Source: Macrostomum lignano
Lineage: Eukaryota
Direction: 5' to 3'
NCBI GenBank assembly: GCA_002269645.1
Contig: NIVC01002292.1
Coordinates: forward strand, 1 to 64,000
DNA: 64,000 nt
Part shown: piece after piece, positions 40,234-53,554 of the stretch
How positions within the stretch are numbered: the first letter of the stretch is position 1
How the letters are laid out: each line of letters begins with the position of its first letter
The notes under the pieces: generated by a model
Told to the model about the DNA's origin: nothing
The model's database searches: none
What the model saw: only the letters and a program-made list of their open reading frames with translations
Made by a program: the position numbers and the translations under genes

Positions 40234-41674
40234 GCCACGACCCTCTCTAGCCATGGATCAAATCCAGAATGTTTATTTTTACTCAGGACAGGCTCACCTA
40301 CGTCGGCCCCAACCCGGACCTCTCCGATGTTTTCAGGCCCGATAATTACTGCCAGCTCGTCCGCTACCTAAGGGCTACCGGGCGAGCGACTGTCCAACTC
40401 CTAAACTCTCCCGAGGGGCACTGCTCTGCGGACACCCGCACCAACGGATCTCCCTGCGCGATAAGGCAGCAGTTAGCGGAATGGACGGCGACGCCTCCCC
40501 CCTGCATCTGGTTTTCCAGAGTCCCCCCCCCAAAAAGTAAATTAAGAATACCTTACACAAGATGCTTTCTTGAATGTCCTTTCACATTGACATTTTTCAT
40601 TAGTCAGGTTCTGCTGGCCATGCAGTCCACAATTGATCAATGGAATAAAGAAAGGCACTGCTGAAAGAATTAAGAGCTGCAATCCAACACACTTAATCAA
40701 TTTATTATTGCTGCAACGCTGAAAACAATAATTGTTAACGCTCTTGATATCTGAAAGCCAACACCCCCCGAGGTGTGGCGCACAACAACAGGACAATGAC
40801 ACTGGTTGAGCAAATGAATTCGATTATTAATTATATCGATCTAGATTGAGTAACAAAGGCTAAAAACAGTTTACAGATAAAATATAGGCTGGCAGCTTAC
40901 TTGGAACTCAGCTCGAGTCCAGCGCTGAGTCTTGTCACACAGGGAGATAAAATGCAAAGTGATAAAATGATATTTTTACACGCACCGGATGACCTCTCTG
41001 CGAATGACCGCTTTGACATGCCATTCGCAGTTGAGCCACCAAAGCAAAGTGAATGGAATAAAATTGAAATGCTAAAAGCTAAATTAATCGAGAACTGCAC
41101 ATAGCATCAATATTAGTTTATGTACAGTTTATGAGAGAAGCCATGGATAGGCCAATTTAAATTTTAACACGGTTTGTGAAAGTTTTTGTGACATTTCACT
41201 GTCCAAAGTGAAAGCGACAGAGTTGTGCCTCTAAATTGCATTGGCTAGCTGCAGGACTTTAGCATCCAAATCTGTACAGAGAAACAACAGCTAAAACAGG
41301 TTAAATAGATGCAGATATCTTACTATTAATTAAAAGTTCATGCAGCTACAGATATACTCAAGGCTGGCTCACATTTCCGCTAGCAGCTCTGCCAGCCAAA
41401 GATTGCTCAAGCCAATTCAAGTCTGAACCAGAATACATTAATTTGAGCAATCTTTCACTTGTGCAGCTGCAGGTGGTTGTGAGGTTGTGAGAGAGTCAAA
41501 AGTCATTGCTCCTTCCTGCAAAGATGGTTACTTTTTAATAGTTTTAGAATTATTTTATAATTCAAAATCCTAAACGTGAAGTAATTCGCTTAAAAAATAC
41601 CGGAAAATCCTTGTTCAAGACTTCACGACTTTTGGCGCGCATTTGAATGCAACGTTAACAACATTTTGAACTTA

Positions 41675-42067
41675 TCATCGCCGCGCGTCGGTTATCTCGG
41701 CCAGGTCAGACATTGCTGCTCCATCGCGGCCGCTCCGCTGGCAGTAGTATCGGAAGAACAGCTGCAGAAGGGCCCGCACACTGTCCAGGCTGCACGCGAG
41801 CCGGTCGCACGCGACTGTCTGATTCAGTTCCTTGGCCAAGGCGAGCCTCTCAGTCAGCTGCTGCTTGTACTCGCGCAGGGCGACAATCTCGCTCACAATC
41901 AGCCGCAGTCGCTGTTTGGATAGTCGCGGCGAAGCAGGAGCGCGGGGACTCCTGGCGTCGCTGCTGCCGAGCTGCTTGCGCGAATGTCGCGAGATGCCGC
42001 TAGCGCCGCGGCGGTTCTGATGAGTGCCGCTTTCCTGCTGACCGCGCCGACTGTCTGGCTGCATATT
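41675..42067 (-). CDS. Probable terminal coding exon, unknown coiled-coil protein
   Basis: 129-aa ORF with gene-like codon usage preceded by a ttaattcacag acceptor; no recognised domain. Confidence 0.35.
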   Translation of the reverse strand, partial: NMQPDSRRGQQESGTHQNRRGASGISRHSRKQLGSSDARSPRAPASPRLSKQRLRLIVSEIVALREYKQQLTERLALAKELNQTVACDRLACSLDSVRALLQLFFRYYCQRSGRDGAAMSDLAEITDARR

Positions 42068-42616
42068 CTGTGAATTAAAATCTAATTTTAGCTTCTCCAG
42101 CTTTTGAGCGAAGCACGAAATTGGCTGTCAATTTTTTTATTGAAGCCCGCAATGAGTTTTTATCGCCCTAGCCAAGCTGAAGCGCCACCCAGGCCATTGT
42201 GTGATTGGCTGATTCGTTTGGTCCTGCCCCTGCGTACATTGGCATGTACATTCGGGTGTACGCAGGCTGTGCTGGCCAACCCCAACCCATTCAAGCTTTA
42301 TTTACAAAAAAACTCTGCCTACCACGGATGGAAAACCTTTTTTGTAATAACAGACCCAGAATCTGTCTGCCGTGCAAGTCACAAAACCTACTAGAGACTG
42401 CTGTGTACTAATATTATATTATTTATACGATATCTATTTCTCACTTTCCAAATATCACTTGCAGTTGTAAAAAAAAATAGAACACAACTCAGCTAGCCTA
42501 ATTAAGCTCGGGGGTTGTCTGGAGCCCATGCAGTGCCAGTATTTTGCATACACCGGTACAGAAGAAGGCCTATAACTGACGTCTAATATAGGCAAGCAAA
42601 GTCCGTCCTGGTTGTG

Positions 42617-43575
42617 TCAGTAATTCGAAACATTGTACACCGAGTTGTGCTTCGGACCGCCGCACTTCTCCTTGCTATTGCCCGGGCAGGGCATGTAGCA
42701 GTTGACCAATGTCGCGGGGTTCGGCGAGATGTTCCCGTAGCTGTCCCCGCACCAGCACTCCTTGCCATTGTGCAGCCCAAAGTACTTTTTCAGCTTGGCG
42801 TGACACCTGTCGTTGCAATTGTTGGGACTGTTCGCGTCAAAAGAGCCGGCAAATACGGGCAGGTCGCGGACCTCGCTGCCCGAGACAAAGCAGCCGAGCA
42901 GAGTGGCCACGGCACGAGTGGGCACCACTTTCGTGTTGATGAACTCGTCAACTTTCTTCTTCTTAACTGAAGTTTCAACAAATGGCAATTTTCTTAGAAA
43001 AAGATTTGAAGGCTGGCTTTACGCGAAAGTCCGACATTGCCGAGAGTGGAAGCCATCAGAAGTGGAGACATCAGATTTAATACAATATGATTGCATTATT
43101 CTTTCAGAGAAAGCAAAACTATCAGTGATCTTTTTATATATTGTTTAGAGGCTTCTCTAAGAAACCAAAATTCCAGGTCATTCTGCTATGTTTTCCTCAG
43201 TGTCTTACGGGTGGCACTTTTAGACTTTATATGTCTGTAAAAGTAGTTTTTTAAGAAGGATAAAACTGGCTCTTCTAAGATTCGAAGTTAATTTTTTCAA
43301 TTTTTTCAACTTATTTTAAGGCAGCTTGAACTCAAATCTACATGAATGTAACTGAATAAGATTCAGTGAGCTGAGGTTATAGTAGACTGAGATAAGCCGA
43401 ATTTAAATCGAATAAGCTGAAAATAAGCAGAAATGCGAATCAAAGCAATTCTGTGCACAACAAGAGGCAGAAAAGATGACTCACAGGGTCTCATAATGCA
43501 GGAATCTGAGCAGGTGAATAGCACAGCCGAACAGATGACAATGCAGATTCGAAGCTGAGCAGACCTGAGCAGCAT
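42617..43575 (-). CDS. Small secreted WSC-domain protein, 2 exons, 146 aa
   Basis: Exon 1 43575-43485 (signal-peptide-like MLLRSAQLRICIVICSAVLFTCSDS), phase-1 GT-AG intron, exon 2 42966-42617. WSC pattern LLGCF...NSPNNCNDRC...YFGLHNGKECWCG...CYMPCPGN..EKCGG...SVY. Confidence 0.75.
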
Positions 43576-44455
43576 TTGATACAACTGCACCAGGAAAAGT
43601 AGTGCGTTTGCTCAGAAATTCACATTCGCTTTCCCACTTATCACACAGACTCAAGCGAAATAACTATGCAAATTAGGAAAGTTAGTCTAATGAGTTGGAC
43701 TTGCGCAATTCAAAAAAGCAACACGCAGTGAAAAATTTGCTAAGTTATGTCTATGGTGTTTACGATATCATCACGATATTTTCAAATTCAAAGCGTAGGT
43801 GGTCAAATGTGTTTGAGCTGACATTTTAACGAACATGCACCAGCTGCATCTGAAGAATTTCCGGAGCTGTCTCTTGACCAAGATGGAATCGACCTTGACG
43901 CCTGTTGAAATCCAGTCGCCTGCCAAGGACGTCTCCGGAGCAGATGATGCCCCGTGGTGGCATCCTAGCGCACCATACAGGTTTTTGTTGACACCGAATT
44001 TCCTAAATTATATGAATGCATAGCTTACACAAGTTGCAGTATACTTGTCATCTACAAATACACACCCCACCCCCAAATCAAAGTAAACCTTCGCAACAAA
44101 GTCGTCAGCAAGTGCGAGTAGCAAAAAAAAACACTTAAGTGCATGAGAAATCGTCTTTCTTCGCTGTGACGAGCATCAAGGTGTAATGAGAGGTTGTTTG
44201 GTTAAATTCGCAACCAATGTCCAATACAGGACTAAGTAATGGCCAGTGGAAATTGAACTGCGAGAATACTGTAGCCTTTTTGTACAGCAAATCACAAAAC
44301 GCGTGAGTAGACATGTTCTGAATACTGTAGTCCAAGTACATGTAGTCATTAGTTTTCATACAATTCACTCCAGCTGGATTATGAGCGTGGAATATGAGGA
44401 AAGCGTATCTGAACTGGAGTCACTGAATTCAGCTTCGGCTTGCCAGCTCGACTGG

Positions 44456-45715
44456 TCAGTCAACGTCATCTTCAAACGCCACAGTGTACGCGTCTACCCG
44501 GCAGTCAGTGGCCGCCGGGCACCTCAGCAGTAGCAGCAGCGCGCGGGACCCTTTGCTGACTAGACGCACCGCTGCAGGCCGTTGGCCTGTCAAGCCGCCG
44601 CCACCGCTGGCCGCGGTCAACACCGCGTTCGCTGCACGAGTGCAAGCGACGGCCAGGCCCATGCTGCCCGCTCGGTACACCAGCACGTGACCCTTCCCGA
44701 TGTCCGTGACGTACAGCTGGTCAAAACGCTCATCGAGATGAAGACCGCACGGCGACTGACCAGCCGGGTAGCTGAGGTGGCAGAGCGGCTCCAGGGTCAG
44801 CCAGTCGAACTTCACCACGCGGCGGGTCTCGGGGAACGAGACCCACAGGCAGGTCAGGCGGTGGCCGGGCACGGCGAGGTAGTAGGGCACGCCGAACCTG
44901 GCAACGTCGATGCTGCGAATCCGCTTCAGTGCCGGCGCCGGCGTGTAGTGGTCCACGGTCAGTTGGCGCGGGTTCGTCACCCAGCACTCGCCACGGAAGT
45001 TGACTCGCACGGCGAACATACCCGGTCTGGACGGATGCGCCGTCGCTCCTCCGTCACTTCGTTGCCGACGAGTTGAAGCCTCCAGCCGGGAGGCGGCCAG
45101 CCGGCCAGCCCTATCGAAGACGAAGAGACCGCAGCGGCCGGAGGTGCTAATAGCGGTGAGGTAGATGAGACCCGGAGTCGCATCGATGCACAGCGGCGCG
45201 CGGTGGCCCAGGCTGGCTGGCCAGCTACTGGCGTCGCCCTGCGTCCGGCAAGGCTGGGCCAGGGAGAACTCGGCCACGTCCAGGCCAGGGACCAGCAGGC
45301 GGTCGGTTTGAACGGCAAAATCGTAGGGGCTGGTCCAGGCGTTGAGCCGGACGGAGGTGAAGGCTGAGGCGCTGCGGAGTTTCCGGCCCGGTGGTGGCAG
45401 CGGGCAGATGTCGTAGGCGCCCGGTGAGCCGCTGCCGTCCGCGACGTCTTCATCAGTGCCTTCGTTGTCGCTGCGCTTTCGCAACGGCGAGTTCTGACGT
45501 CGACGGTCGCGGCTGCGGCTTCGACTGCGACTGCGCGCAAACAGCCGTCGGCGCAGCTTGATCCGCTTGAAGAAGCTGACAATGGCTGGCTGCTTCTTGC
45601 CTTTCTTCTGCTGCTGATGCATAGGGTCTTCTGCAGCCGGCTTGATTGGCACCTCATCGTCGCTGGCTGGTTTTACCTCGCGCTCCTTTCCTCGCGAGCG
45701 TCGCAGCTTTAACAT
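44456..45715 (-). CDS. Intronless 419-aa protein: basic/RS-rich N-terminus plus NHL-like beta-propeller
   Basis: In-frame upstream stop before the ATG; RSRSRSRSR tract; NHL-like repeats (PCGLHLDERFDQLYVTDIGKGHVLVY, VNFRGECWVTNP, PYYLAVP...LWVSFPETRRVVKF). Confidence 0.65.
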   Translation of the reverse strand: MLKLRRSRGKEREVKPASDDEVPIKPAAEDPMHQQQKKGKKQPAIVSFFKRIKLRRRLFARSRSRSRSRDRRRQNSPLRKRSDNEGTDEDVADGSGSPGAYDICPLPPPGRKLRSASAFTSVRLNAWTSPYDFAVQTDRLLVPGLDVAEFSLAQPCRTQGDASSWPASLGHRAPLCIDATPGLIYLTAISTSGRCGLFVFDRAGRLAASRLEASTRRQRSDGGATAHPSRPGMFAVRVNFRGECWVTNPRQLTVDHYTPAPALKRIRSIDVARFGVPYYLAVPGHRLTCLWVSFPETRRVVKFDWLTLEPLCHLSYPAGQSPCGLHLDERFDQLYVTDIGKGHVLVYRAGSMGLAVACTRAANAVLTAASGGGGLTGQRPAAVRLVSKGSRALLLLLRCPAATDCRVDAYTVAFEDDVD

Positions 45716-46923
45716 TTTTCACCTGCGTATCTCAGTTGCGTCTCTCCTCGCTGTGGCTTATGTCTCGCTCAGCTGGCGCTCTTGAGCTGGTGCATGCGGG
45801 GTCTTGTATCAGACCATGCCGGCACGACCACCGAGCTTCGATCTGTATCTTTTTTCACTTCCTTTCCTGCTTCTGCTCGGCTGCTTTCAGAGCATAGAAA
45901 CTTAATAATCGGAGCAACTTCAAAGAAGCAGGTATACGACTAAACTCAAGTGCTCCAACACTGAAGTGTTGAACTTAGGTATTTATAAGCGATTCCGCAG
46001 AAGATTCTCACTTGCTATTTGCGACTTGGCGTTTTTCGTGACAAGCGTCAAGGAATCTTGTTGACTCAGACCCAGCTGTTTGCACACCGTCTTCCTACTT
46101 TTATGCCTAGTGTTTTTGCCCGCCTTCGTGGCCCGAAAGAGCAGTCTGACTGGATCAGCGAATGCAGAGTACAAAAGAAAGAGAAAAAAGCTCGCGCTTC
46201 AATCCAAGCAAAGTGTAAAAACTGCGCAATTAGCTGGGGGCTGAGCTGAATCTGGTTTTCTTAGGTGGGGCAGAGAAAATGGAGACGAAGATCATTGGCT
46301 CCAAGTCAAATAAATTGTGGGCTTGGACGATGAGTTACTTGAAAATGCGGCCCGTTGTTAGACCTTTTCAGGACTCTTTGGGCGTCTGCGGCAAGGTGGA
46401 AGAATGGATAGACTTGCAGAATTACCTTCATATGCAGCCATCAGACTTGCGCGCACATTATTCTGCTAAGCTACATCGCTAATTTGCACTTGAGATAGTA
46501 GCCTAACTGTAGACCTTGCACTACTCTGTAGACCAAAGTCTGTACGGCTAATTTTGGCTGCGCGAGTGAAGAAAAAAATGATGAAGAGATGAGTCTGGAC
46601 TGCGTGAGAAAGAAGCTGACAGTATCTAGATTTACAAAGCTATTCAGAAAGTAGACGGTGAAAGAAAACAAATTAGGCGCCGCAGACGCGCGTACCAAGA
46701 GATTGACAGTGAGACAGCCGCAAAGCACTCGTTTGTCGTCCACTGCACAACCAGTGTCACCTCTTGGCTAGCAAACAACCTATTTTGTGACGTTACTTAC
46801 TCGTCGCATCTTTGCATTATAATTCTGATCCGAACCGAACTTCTTCCAGACATAATACTCGTAAATTCACAGAACATGAAGAATCAAACTCTGCCGAATA
46901 TATATACATGTATTATATACCAT

Positions 46924-48630
46924 TTAAAAGCTTTCTCTGCTTTCTGTCTGATGTACCAGATCACCAGCCGATAGTTTCCGCAACTGTCGAGCTCCACGAT
47001 TGTACAGCTGCACTGCTCTACCGCACTTTCTTACAAAAGCCTCAATGCTGGAGTGAATACGAGTTTCCTTTGGTCGCGGGTCCTTGACAGTCCCTGGCAG
47101 GTCACTATGAAGCATACGGTCGAGAGCCATCTTCGCCGGGCTTGGAAAGCCGCTGCCGACTGGTGTGTTGCGGTAGTGAAGCAAATGCCAGCTCCAGACT
47201 TTGGCCTGTCTCGGAGAATTTCTTCAGCATGCTTTTGGCTACGCTGGACTTTGAAATTCTGTGTTCCACCTTGAACTCAGCCATTTTCTGTCGAAACTCC
47301 CGAGCAGAAAACTGCGGACCTCCATCACTGCCATGACTAGCAGTTTCTCTGGCGCTCCAAAGTTTTGAAAATCATCCCGTATGACATTCGCCACAGCCAA
47401 GCTAGTAGTTGATCTCATCCGTGTGACACTCATCCAGCGGCTGTAGGAGCCAACGCACACCAATTTAGTAGGATCCACCAGTGAACTCAAACAGATTCGT
47501 CAAACAAATTTTGAACGGAAAATTCGGCCCATCCACAGCCATCAACGGTTCTTTGGACTGAGTCCTCATATTCCGCTGGCCAGCACGATTCAAATTCACT
47601 AGCCACCTACTCCACGCTGGCCAGCACGATTCAAATTCACGAGCCACCTACTCCACGCTGGCCAGCACGATTCAAATTCACTAGCCACCTACCTCCACGC
47701 TGGCCAGCACGATTCAAATTCACTAGCCACCTACCTCCACGCTGGCCAGCACGATTCAAATTCACTAGCCACCTACCTCCACGCTGGCCAGCACGATTCA
47801 AATTCACTAGCCACCTACCTCCACGCTGGCCAGCACGATTCAAATTCACTAGCCACCTACCTCCACGCTGGCCAGCACGATTCAAATTCACTAGCCACCT
47901 ACCTCCACGCTGGCCAGCACGATTCAAATTCACTAGCCACCTACCTCCACGCTGGCCAGCACGATTCAAATTCACTAGCCACCTACCTCCACGCTGGCCA
48001 GCACGATTCAAATTCACTAGCCACCTACCTCCACGCTGGCCAGCACGATTCAAATTCACTAGCCACCTACCTCCACGCTGGCCAGCACGATTCAAATTCA
48101 CTAGCCACCTACCTCCACGCTGGCCAGCACGATTCAAATTCACTAGCCACCTACCTCCACGCTGGCCAGCACGATTCAAATTCACTAGCCACCTACCTCC
48201 ACGCTGGCCAGCACGATTCAAATTCACTAGCCACCTACCTCCACGCTGGCCAGCACGATTCAAATTCACTAGCCACCTACCTCCACGCTGGCCAGCACGA
48301 TTCAAATTCACTAGCCACCTACCTCCACGCTGGCCAGCACGATTCAAATTCACTAGCCACCTACCTCCACGCTGGCCAGCACGATTCAAATTCACTAGCC
48401 ACCTACCTCCACGCTGGCCAGTAGAAACAGTCCTTAGCCTTCAGATCCATTTTCACGATGCCAGTGTGCCTCGCATGCAGAATTTTAAGCACCGATTTTT
48501 GGGCGCGGAAATCCCAAAAAGGCTTCAGATCGTCTGCAAGGGCCATAGCTATAAAGCTAGGAGAGGAAAGATCGGGACCAGGATCGCGAGAACCAGTGTC
48601 GGGTCCACGATTTTTCCCGGAGGTCATGAC
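46924..48630 (-). mobile_element. Degraded Ty3/Gypsy-type integrase relic
   Basis: LHARHTGIVKM..AKDCFYWP (zinc-finger region), QSKEPLMAVDGPNFPF..LFEF, SDGGPQFSAREF..EHRIS, YNRGARQLRKLSAGDLV. Stops, frameshifts and deletions; LTRs not confidently located. Confidence 0.75.
47574..48420 (+). repeat. 42-bp tandem repeat, about 20 near-identical copies
   Basis: Unit CTAGCCACCTACCTCCACGCTGGCCAGCACGATTCAAATTCA; no spacers between units. Confidence 0.97.
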
Positions 48631-49977
48631 CCCCTAATTTTCTCGTGTGGGTGGAGTCAGCCGATCACCTTCTTGACGCCTTGGATCCACCAGTGTTCTT
48701 TAATTTGTTTTGACATAAGAAATGAACAAAGCGCAACTTTCTGGACCTGACCGCAGTATCGCGAATTTGAATAAACATAAGGACGATTTGAATCGCATTT
48801 TGAACTTAAACATCCAGTACGTTAAGTTATAGCTCTGAACTTGAGCCAGCTACTTTTAAGCAATATAACTACGAAAAAGTTAGAGGAAACATTTTTTTCT
48901 GCTTCCCGAGAGTAATGTCCCCTAATTTTGGATAGGAGGTGGGCCAACCGCCTTTGACGACCCAATTCCCCCTGAATTCGCCAGTAATTGAGATGAATAT
49001 TACAAGACAGTGGGTGTCAAGTCCCCTAATTCAGTGCATGTTTTAGTCTACTAGCCAATAATAGCGTACATGTAGTAGTCAGATTGATGAAAAAGAAAAA
49101 TTATCTGAATTCTATATTCTACATCAATTACAGTCTTCAATCTGACGAGAGCCGAGAGGATGTAACTAAATTTGTGGGTGTTTTTCAGAACAATAGGTTA
49201 CGCTGCACATGTTTGACATTGTTTTCATTTCTTAGCACACACAACAAGAATCAGTGAATATCAATCATTTTTGCTACTAGCATTTCACCATTTTTTTTCT
49301 TTGTAAGAACGACTATTTTATCTTAAATCGAAATCACTTCCTTCCAGGCGCGGCGGAGCCGGGGGGCAGGGTGGGCAATTACATGCCTACCCAATAAATT
49401 TGTTGCGGGGGGCATTCATTGCCTTCCCAATATTGCAATCACATCAAATGATAAAGGCACGTCCTGCCCCCCCCCACTAACTTTTGCGCCCCTCTCTTCC
49501 TCAGATTCAGACTCATGCTTATCGCCCGCCTCACTCTCCCGTGAACCAATCCTGAGTGCGACATTCCCAAAACTTAACTGGGAAATTCCTAGTAAAACAA
49601 AGTATAAAGCGTATCGTATTGGAATGACTAATGTATATATTGCATTCCAGTATACGAGCGAAAAGAAAAAATAACGATACAAAATTAAAATAATAAGTAT
49701 TGAACAGTTAATTATAATTTGAAATAGGAAAACAATTAGGTTATAGTTAACGCGATAATACTACTGAAAAATCTACGAATTCAAATACGTTTCAGATTGA
49801 AAACCTGTTAAGTGTCTAGTGACTAGGCACTAGGCAGTTGCTACATTCGAAATTATTTTATGGATTTGTAATGCTTGGGCCTGCTATAGTTTAATACTTC
49901 TGAACGAAAGAATATTCATTAAGTAGTTTATGTCTGCTTCTAAAATATTTCAAGTTATTCGTATTCAACTCTGCAAA

Positions 49978-52744
49978 ATGCGAACTATTGCGACTGCACT
50001 TGGTCTTTGCGTCATTATGATGCTTCTTTTTAGTAGTTTTCATACTGGTGCATCGGCCAAAGGACCCAAAGTAACTGACAAGGTAACAATATATAAACAA
50101 AAAAGTACTTTAATTATATACATGTCATAATAGTATATACAAGGACCACTGGGTTCACAAAGTTAAGTCAATGATTGATGATAGCATGGTTGTTTACCTG
50201 TTTAGTTGCTTAATAATATAAATGTATTTAGATTAAAAGAATATTGTTTAAATAAAAGTAGGCACTCAATAAATAGGCCGCTAATAACATGTTATAGGCC
50301 TAGTTTCTCCTTAAAATATATTGTTTCTTACTAAGCTTAATAAGGTTACTTAAAAATGATTATCTTCTATAAAAATAATTTATTCATGCAAAACCATAGT
50401 TTGCCAAATATGTTATTGTCTTCTAAAAGCAGTAGAGAAAAAAATTATCAAGGACCTAAGAGATAAATAAACAGCTAAAGGCCAAAGTTTGCCTATGCAT
50501 GCCCATACATGCGCAACAGTCGGCCGAGTCGGCCGATCCGGCCGACCGATTTGGCGGCCAACCAAGGAAGTCGCAAAAACACCCACCCAAAAAACACAAA
50601 GTAGTAGTACTAAGTAGCTGACGAGGCATTTTGGCTTAATAAGAAAGTTATAGTTACTCCTGCCGTTTACCCAAAGTTGCGTTAATTTTGCTATAGGGTT
50701 TTTTACATGTAAGTCGCATTTTTTGCCAAAAACTACGTCGCATTTTTGTTAAAACTAAGTCGCATGGCCGACCAAATTTTGGAGGTTGCGCATGTATGTG
50801 CATGCCAATGCATTTGCCAATAGAATAGGCTTTTACCAGTTATTAAATTTGGTATTCTTATTTTTTATTATATAATAGCTCAAGACTAAAGTTTACAAAA
50901 ACCTATTGCATATATTTTTTACATTGTTTAGTTATCAAAAAAGCTATTTTGAATCCCAAGAATAATGGAAATTTATCTTTATTTCTAGATTTATATATAA
51001 ATAGTTTTGGGGATTGGAATTTATTGGGCTCAAAATCTATTGGTTTCAACCTCTTATAATAAAAGTTATAACAGTGGCAAATCTAGGATTTTTAAAGTAA
51101 GGGGGCAGTCCTAGGCAGAATGGCCCAACTTTTTGGGTTGGCCTAAAATAAGCTTTAAATAAGCCAAAAGTTGCAATGCTCTCCCCTTATATACAAGTTC
51201 AGCCATGGCAAAAGAGGAGGGTGACTGCCCCCTTCTCCTGCCCCCCTTCTGGATCTGCCACTGAGTTTTAATTTATATATTGTCAAACAACTTTATTTAG
51301 GCCTAACAAATTTCTAATAGCAATAAACATACTTATATCTATTTAACAATCTTAACTTACATTAGGTTATGTAAGGACAATAAAAAATTTTTTATATAAT
51401 ATAAAAGTAATAGTTTGTGTCCAAGTCTAATATTTTTAGTACTTATATATTAATAGTATATAGTATTTAACTTAAAATATTAAGTTAATAGTATTTTAGT
51501 TTTTGACTAGGCTTATAATGGTGCCATTCTACCATTAGACTTGAACAAGGCTATATTTATAGCTTATATATATATTATTATTATATTTTTTATAGTGTTA
51601 TAGCATACCATAGCTATAGTCATAGTTGCAGTGGAACATTAACTATTATAGTACTTTAAGTAAAAGTTTATAGATATTTTAGCTAGATTTTCTGTGTAGT
51701 TATTTTATGATCAAGAATAAAATCATCCAGGTAAATAGCCTATATCTAGCACCCATAATTGGCTTAGGATTGCCATGTATTCACATATAAGGGCCAACCC
51801 CTATGGCATAGAAAGTGTATATGCATGACAATTTGAAATTTAAGGCTGCTTTAGTGCTATACAGCTTGTGTATAGGCCAGGAGTCAATGGAATAGGCAGA
51901 AAGCTTTGCCATCTAATCCTGCTTTAGCTCTCATTAAATTTTCAAATACTGGTGTGAGTGCACTGTGTGGCTTGCTAATTTTGTAATGAAATCAGGAGTT
52001 GAAAAGCCTCTATCCAGCTTTTGGGTCCTTTGAAACTTTACAATAGCAGTCTGGCCTGTTTGAGGTCTCTTCTCAACTCTCTTACCTCCTGTTCCTTCCC
52101 TCTCCTTTCCTCTCTCATCTGGCCCGCAGCCATTAGCTAGGTTCTTTATCTGGCTTTTGAGAAAAGTTTGCCGGACCCTGATCTAAATAAACCTTCGCTC
52201 CCAGGTGTTCTTCGACATCACCATCGGTGGGAAGCCAGCTGGCCGCATCGTCATCGGCCTGTTTGGCGGCAGCGTGCCAAAAACTGTGAAGAATTTCAAG
52301 TCGCTGGCGGAGGGCGTGCCCCAGGAGTCTGGCGGCAGCATGGGCTACAAGGGGTCCAAGTTTCACCGCGTCATCAAGGGCTTCATGATTCAGGGCGGCG
52401 ATTTCACTAAAGGCGACGGCACCGGAGGCAAGTCCATCTATGGCGAGAAGTTCAAGGACGAGAACTTCAAGCTGAAGCATTACGGCGCCGGCTGGTGCTC
52501 CATGGCCAACGCTGGCCCGGACACAAATGGCAGCCAGTTCTTCATCACCGTGGCGAAGACCCAGTGGCTGGACGGCCGGCACGTTGTATTCGGCAAAGTG
52601 CTAGAGGGCATGAGCGTGGTGAGGACGATCGAGACCACCCCAACTAACCAGAATGACCGGCCATCTCAGGATGTGGTCATCGCCGACTGCGGCTCGCTAC
52701 CTGTTGACCAGCCGTTCGCTGTTGAAAAGGCTCCGTCTGATTAG
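49978..52744 (+). CDS. PPIB: Cyclophilin B (secretory peptidyl-prolyl isomerase), 2 exons, 214 aa
   Basis: Exon 1 49978-50082 (signal peptide + GPKVTDK), 2122-bp phase-0 intron, exon 2 52205-52744 with [43 protein letters not shown]. Confidence 0.93.
50504..50798. mobile_element. MITE with 14-bp TIRs (hAT- or P-type) in the PPIB intron
   Basis: TIRs CATACATGCGCAAC / GTTGCGCATGTATG; perfect 8-bp TSD TGCATGCC. Confidence 0.88.
51072..51263. mobile_element. Older hAT-like MITE in the PPIB intron
   Basis: TIRs CAGTGGCAAATCTAG / CTGGATCTGCCACTG (CpG-decayed); 8-bp TSD AGTTATAA / AGTTTTAA. Confidence 0.75.
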
Positions 52745-53554
52745 CTTCTCGTGGGGCTTCTAGATTCACTTCACAACTCTGCTCGTTCGCTACTACTCTT
52801 AGTACCTGTTTTTAAGTAGTACAAAATCGACAAAACAATTTATTACAGTTTTGCAAGTAGTTTAATCGTATCTTTATTCGGCTGGAATGATTTTTCTTTT
52901 GCTAACTCATTTTATAAATTTTCAAACAGACTGGGGCCTATCCAAAGCCTAAATAGTTTCCCTACTTGGACTGGGGAAAAGTACTTTATAATTTAACTCA
53001 GAATCTGAGTAAGTGCACGTTGACTCACTATAAATTGATGCAATCTACTTTACAAATACAATTTGTTTGTATTTGTCAGCCTGTACCCCACACATTTGTT
53101 TGTTTGCTTTTCCCAGTTGCCAATATTGAAATTATTATAAAATTAACTAAATTGAATATTATAGTTCTCTGTTGATTTTGGTTTTATTAGTCTTTGGTGT
53201 CCGGTGCATCATTTTGTAGGTCTCCGTATTGGATTGAAAACTTGGTGTCGCTTGTGTGTCTTGTTCTGTACGCAATTTTCTGATTCTCTCTGATAGATTG
53301 TTCCCTCTTTCGCTTACAAGCTTATTGATTACTGATCTGCCCGCGTTTTTTAAACAAATAATTATCAGTAGCTATTTGTTCTGCCAGCTCGCTTGACCCA
53401 CTGTGCACTTGTATAAACACCGAGTTGGAATCCCAAATACACTCTGCAAGTCTGCTATTGTCTTCTTTCTCTTGCAGATTTCTGTCGGCATCTTGAAATT
53501 TACATTGCGGCTGTCGTGCGCTTGTGGATTTCATTAATTTCTGAAATTTCGGAG

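Noticed and set aside
47574-48420. Regular 42-bp repeats (also the 82/84-, 30-, 33- and 28-bp arrays) as CRISPR arrays
   Set aside because: Units abut with no unique spacers, no cas genes are present, and the context is eukaryotic.
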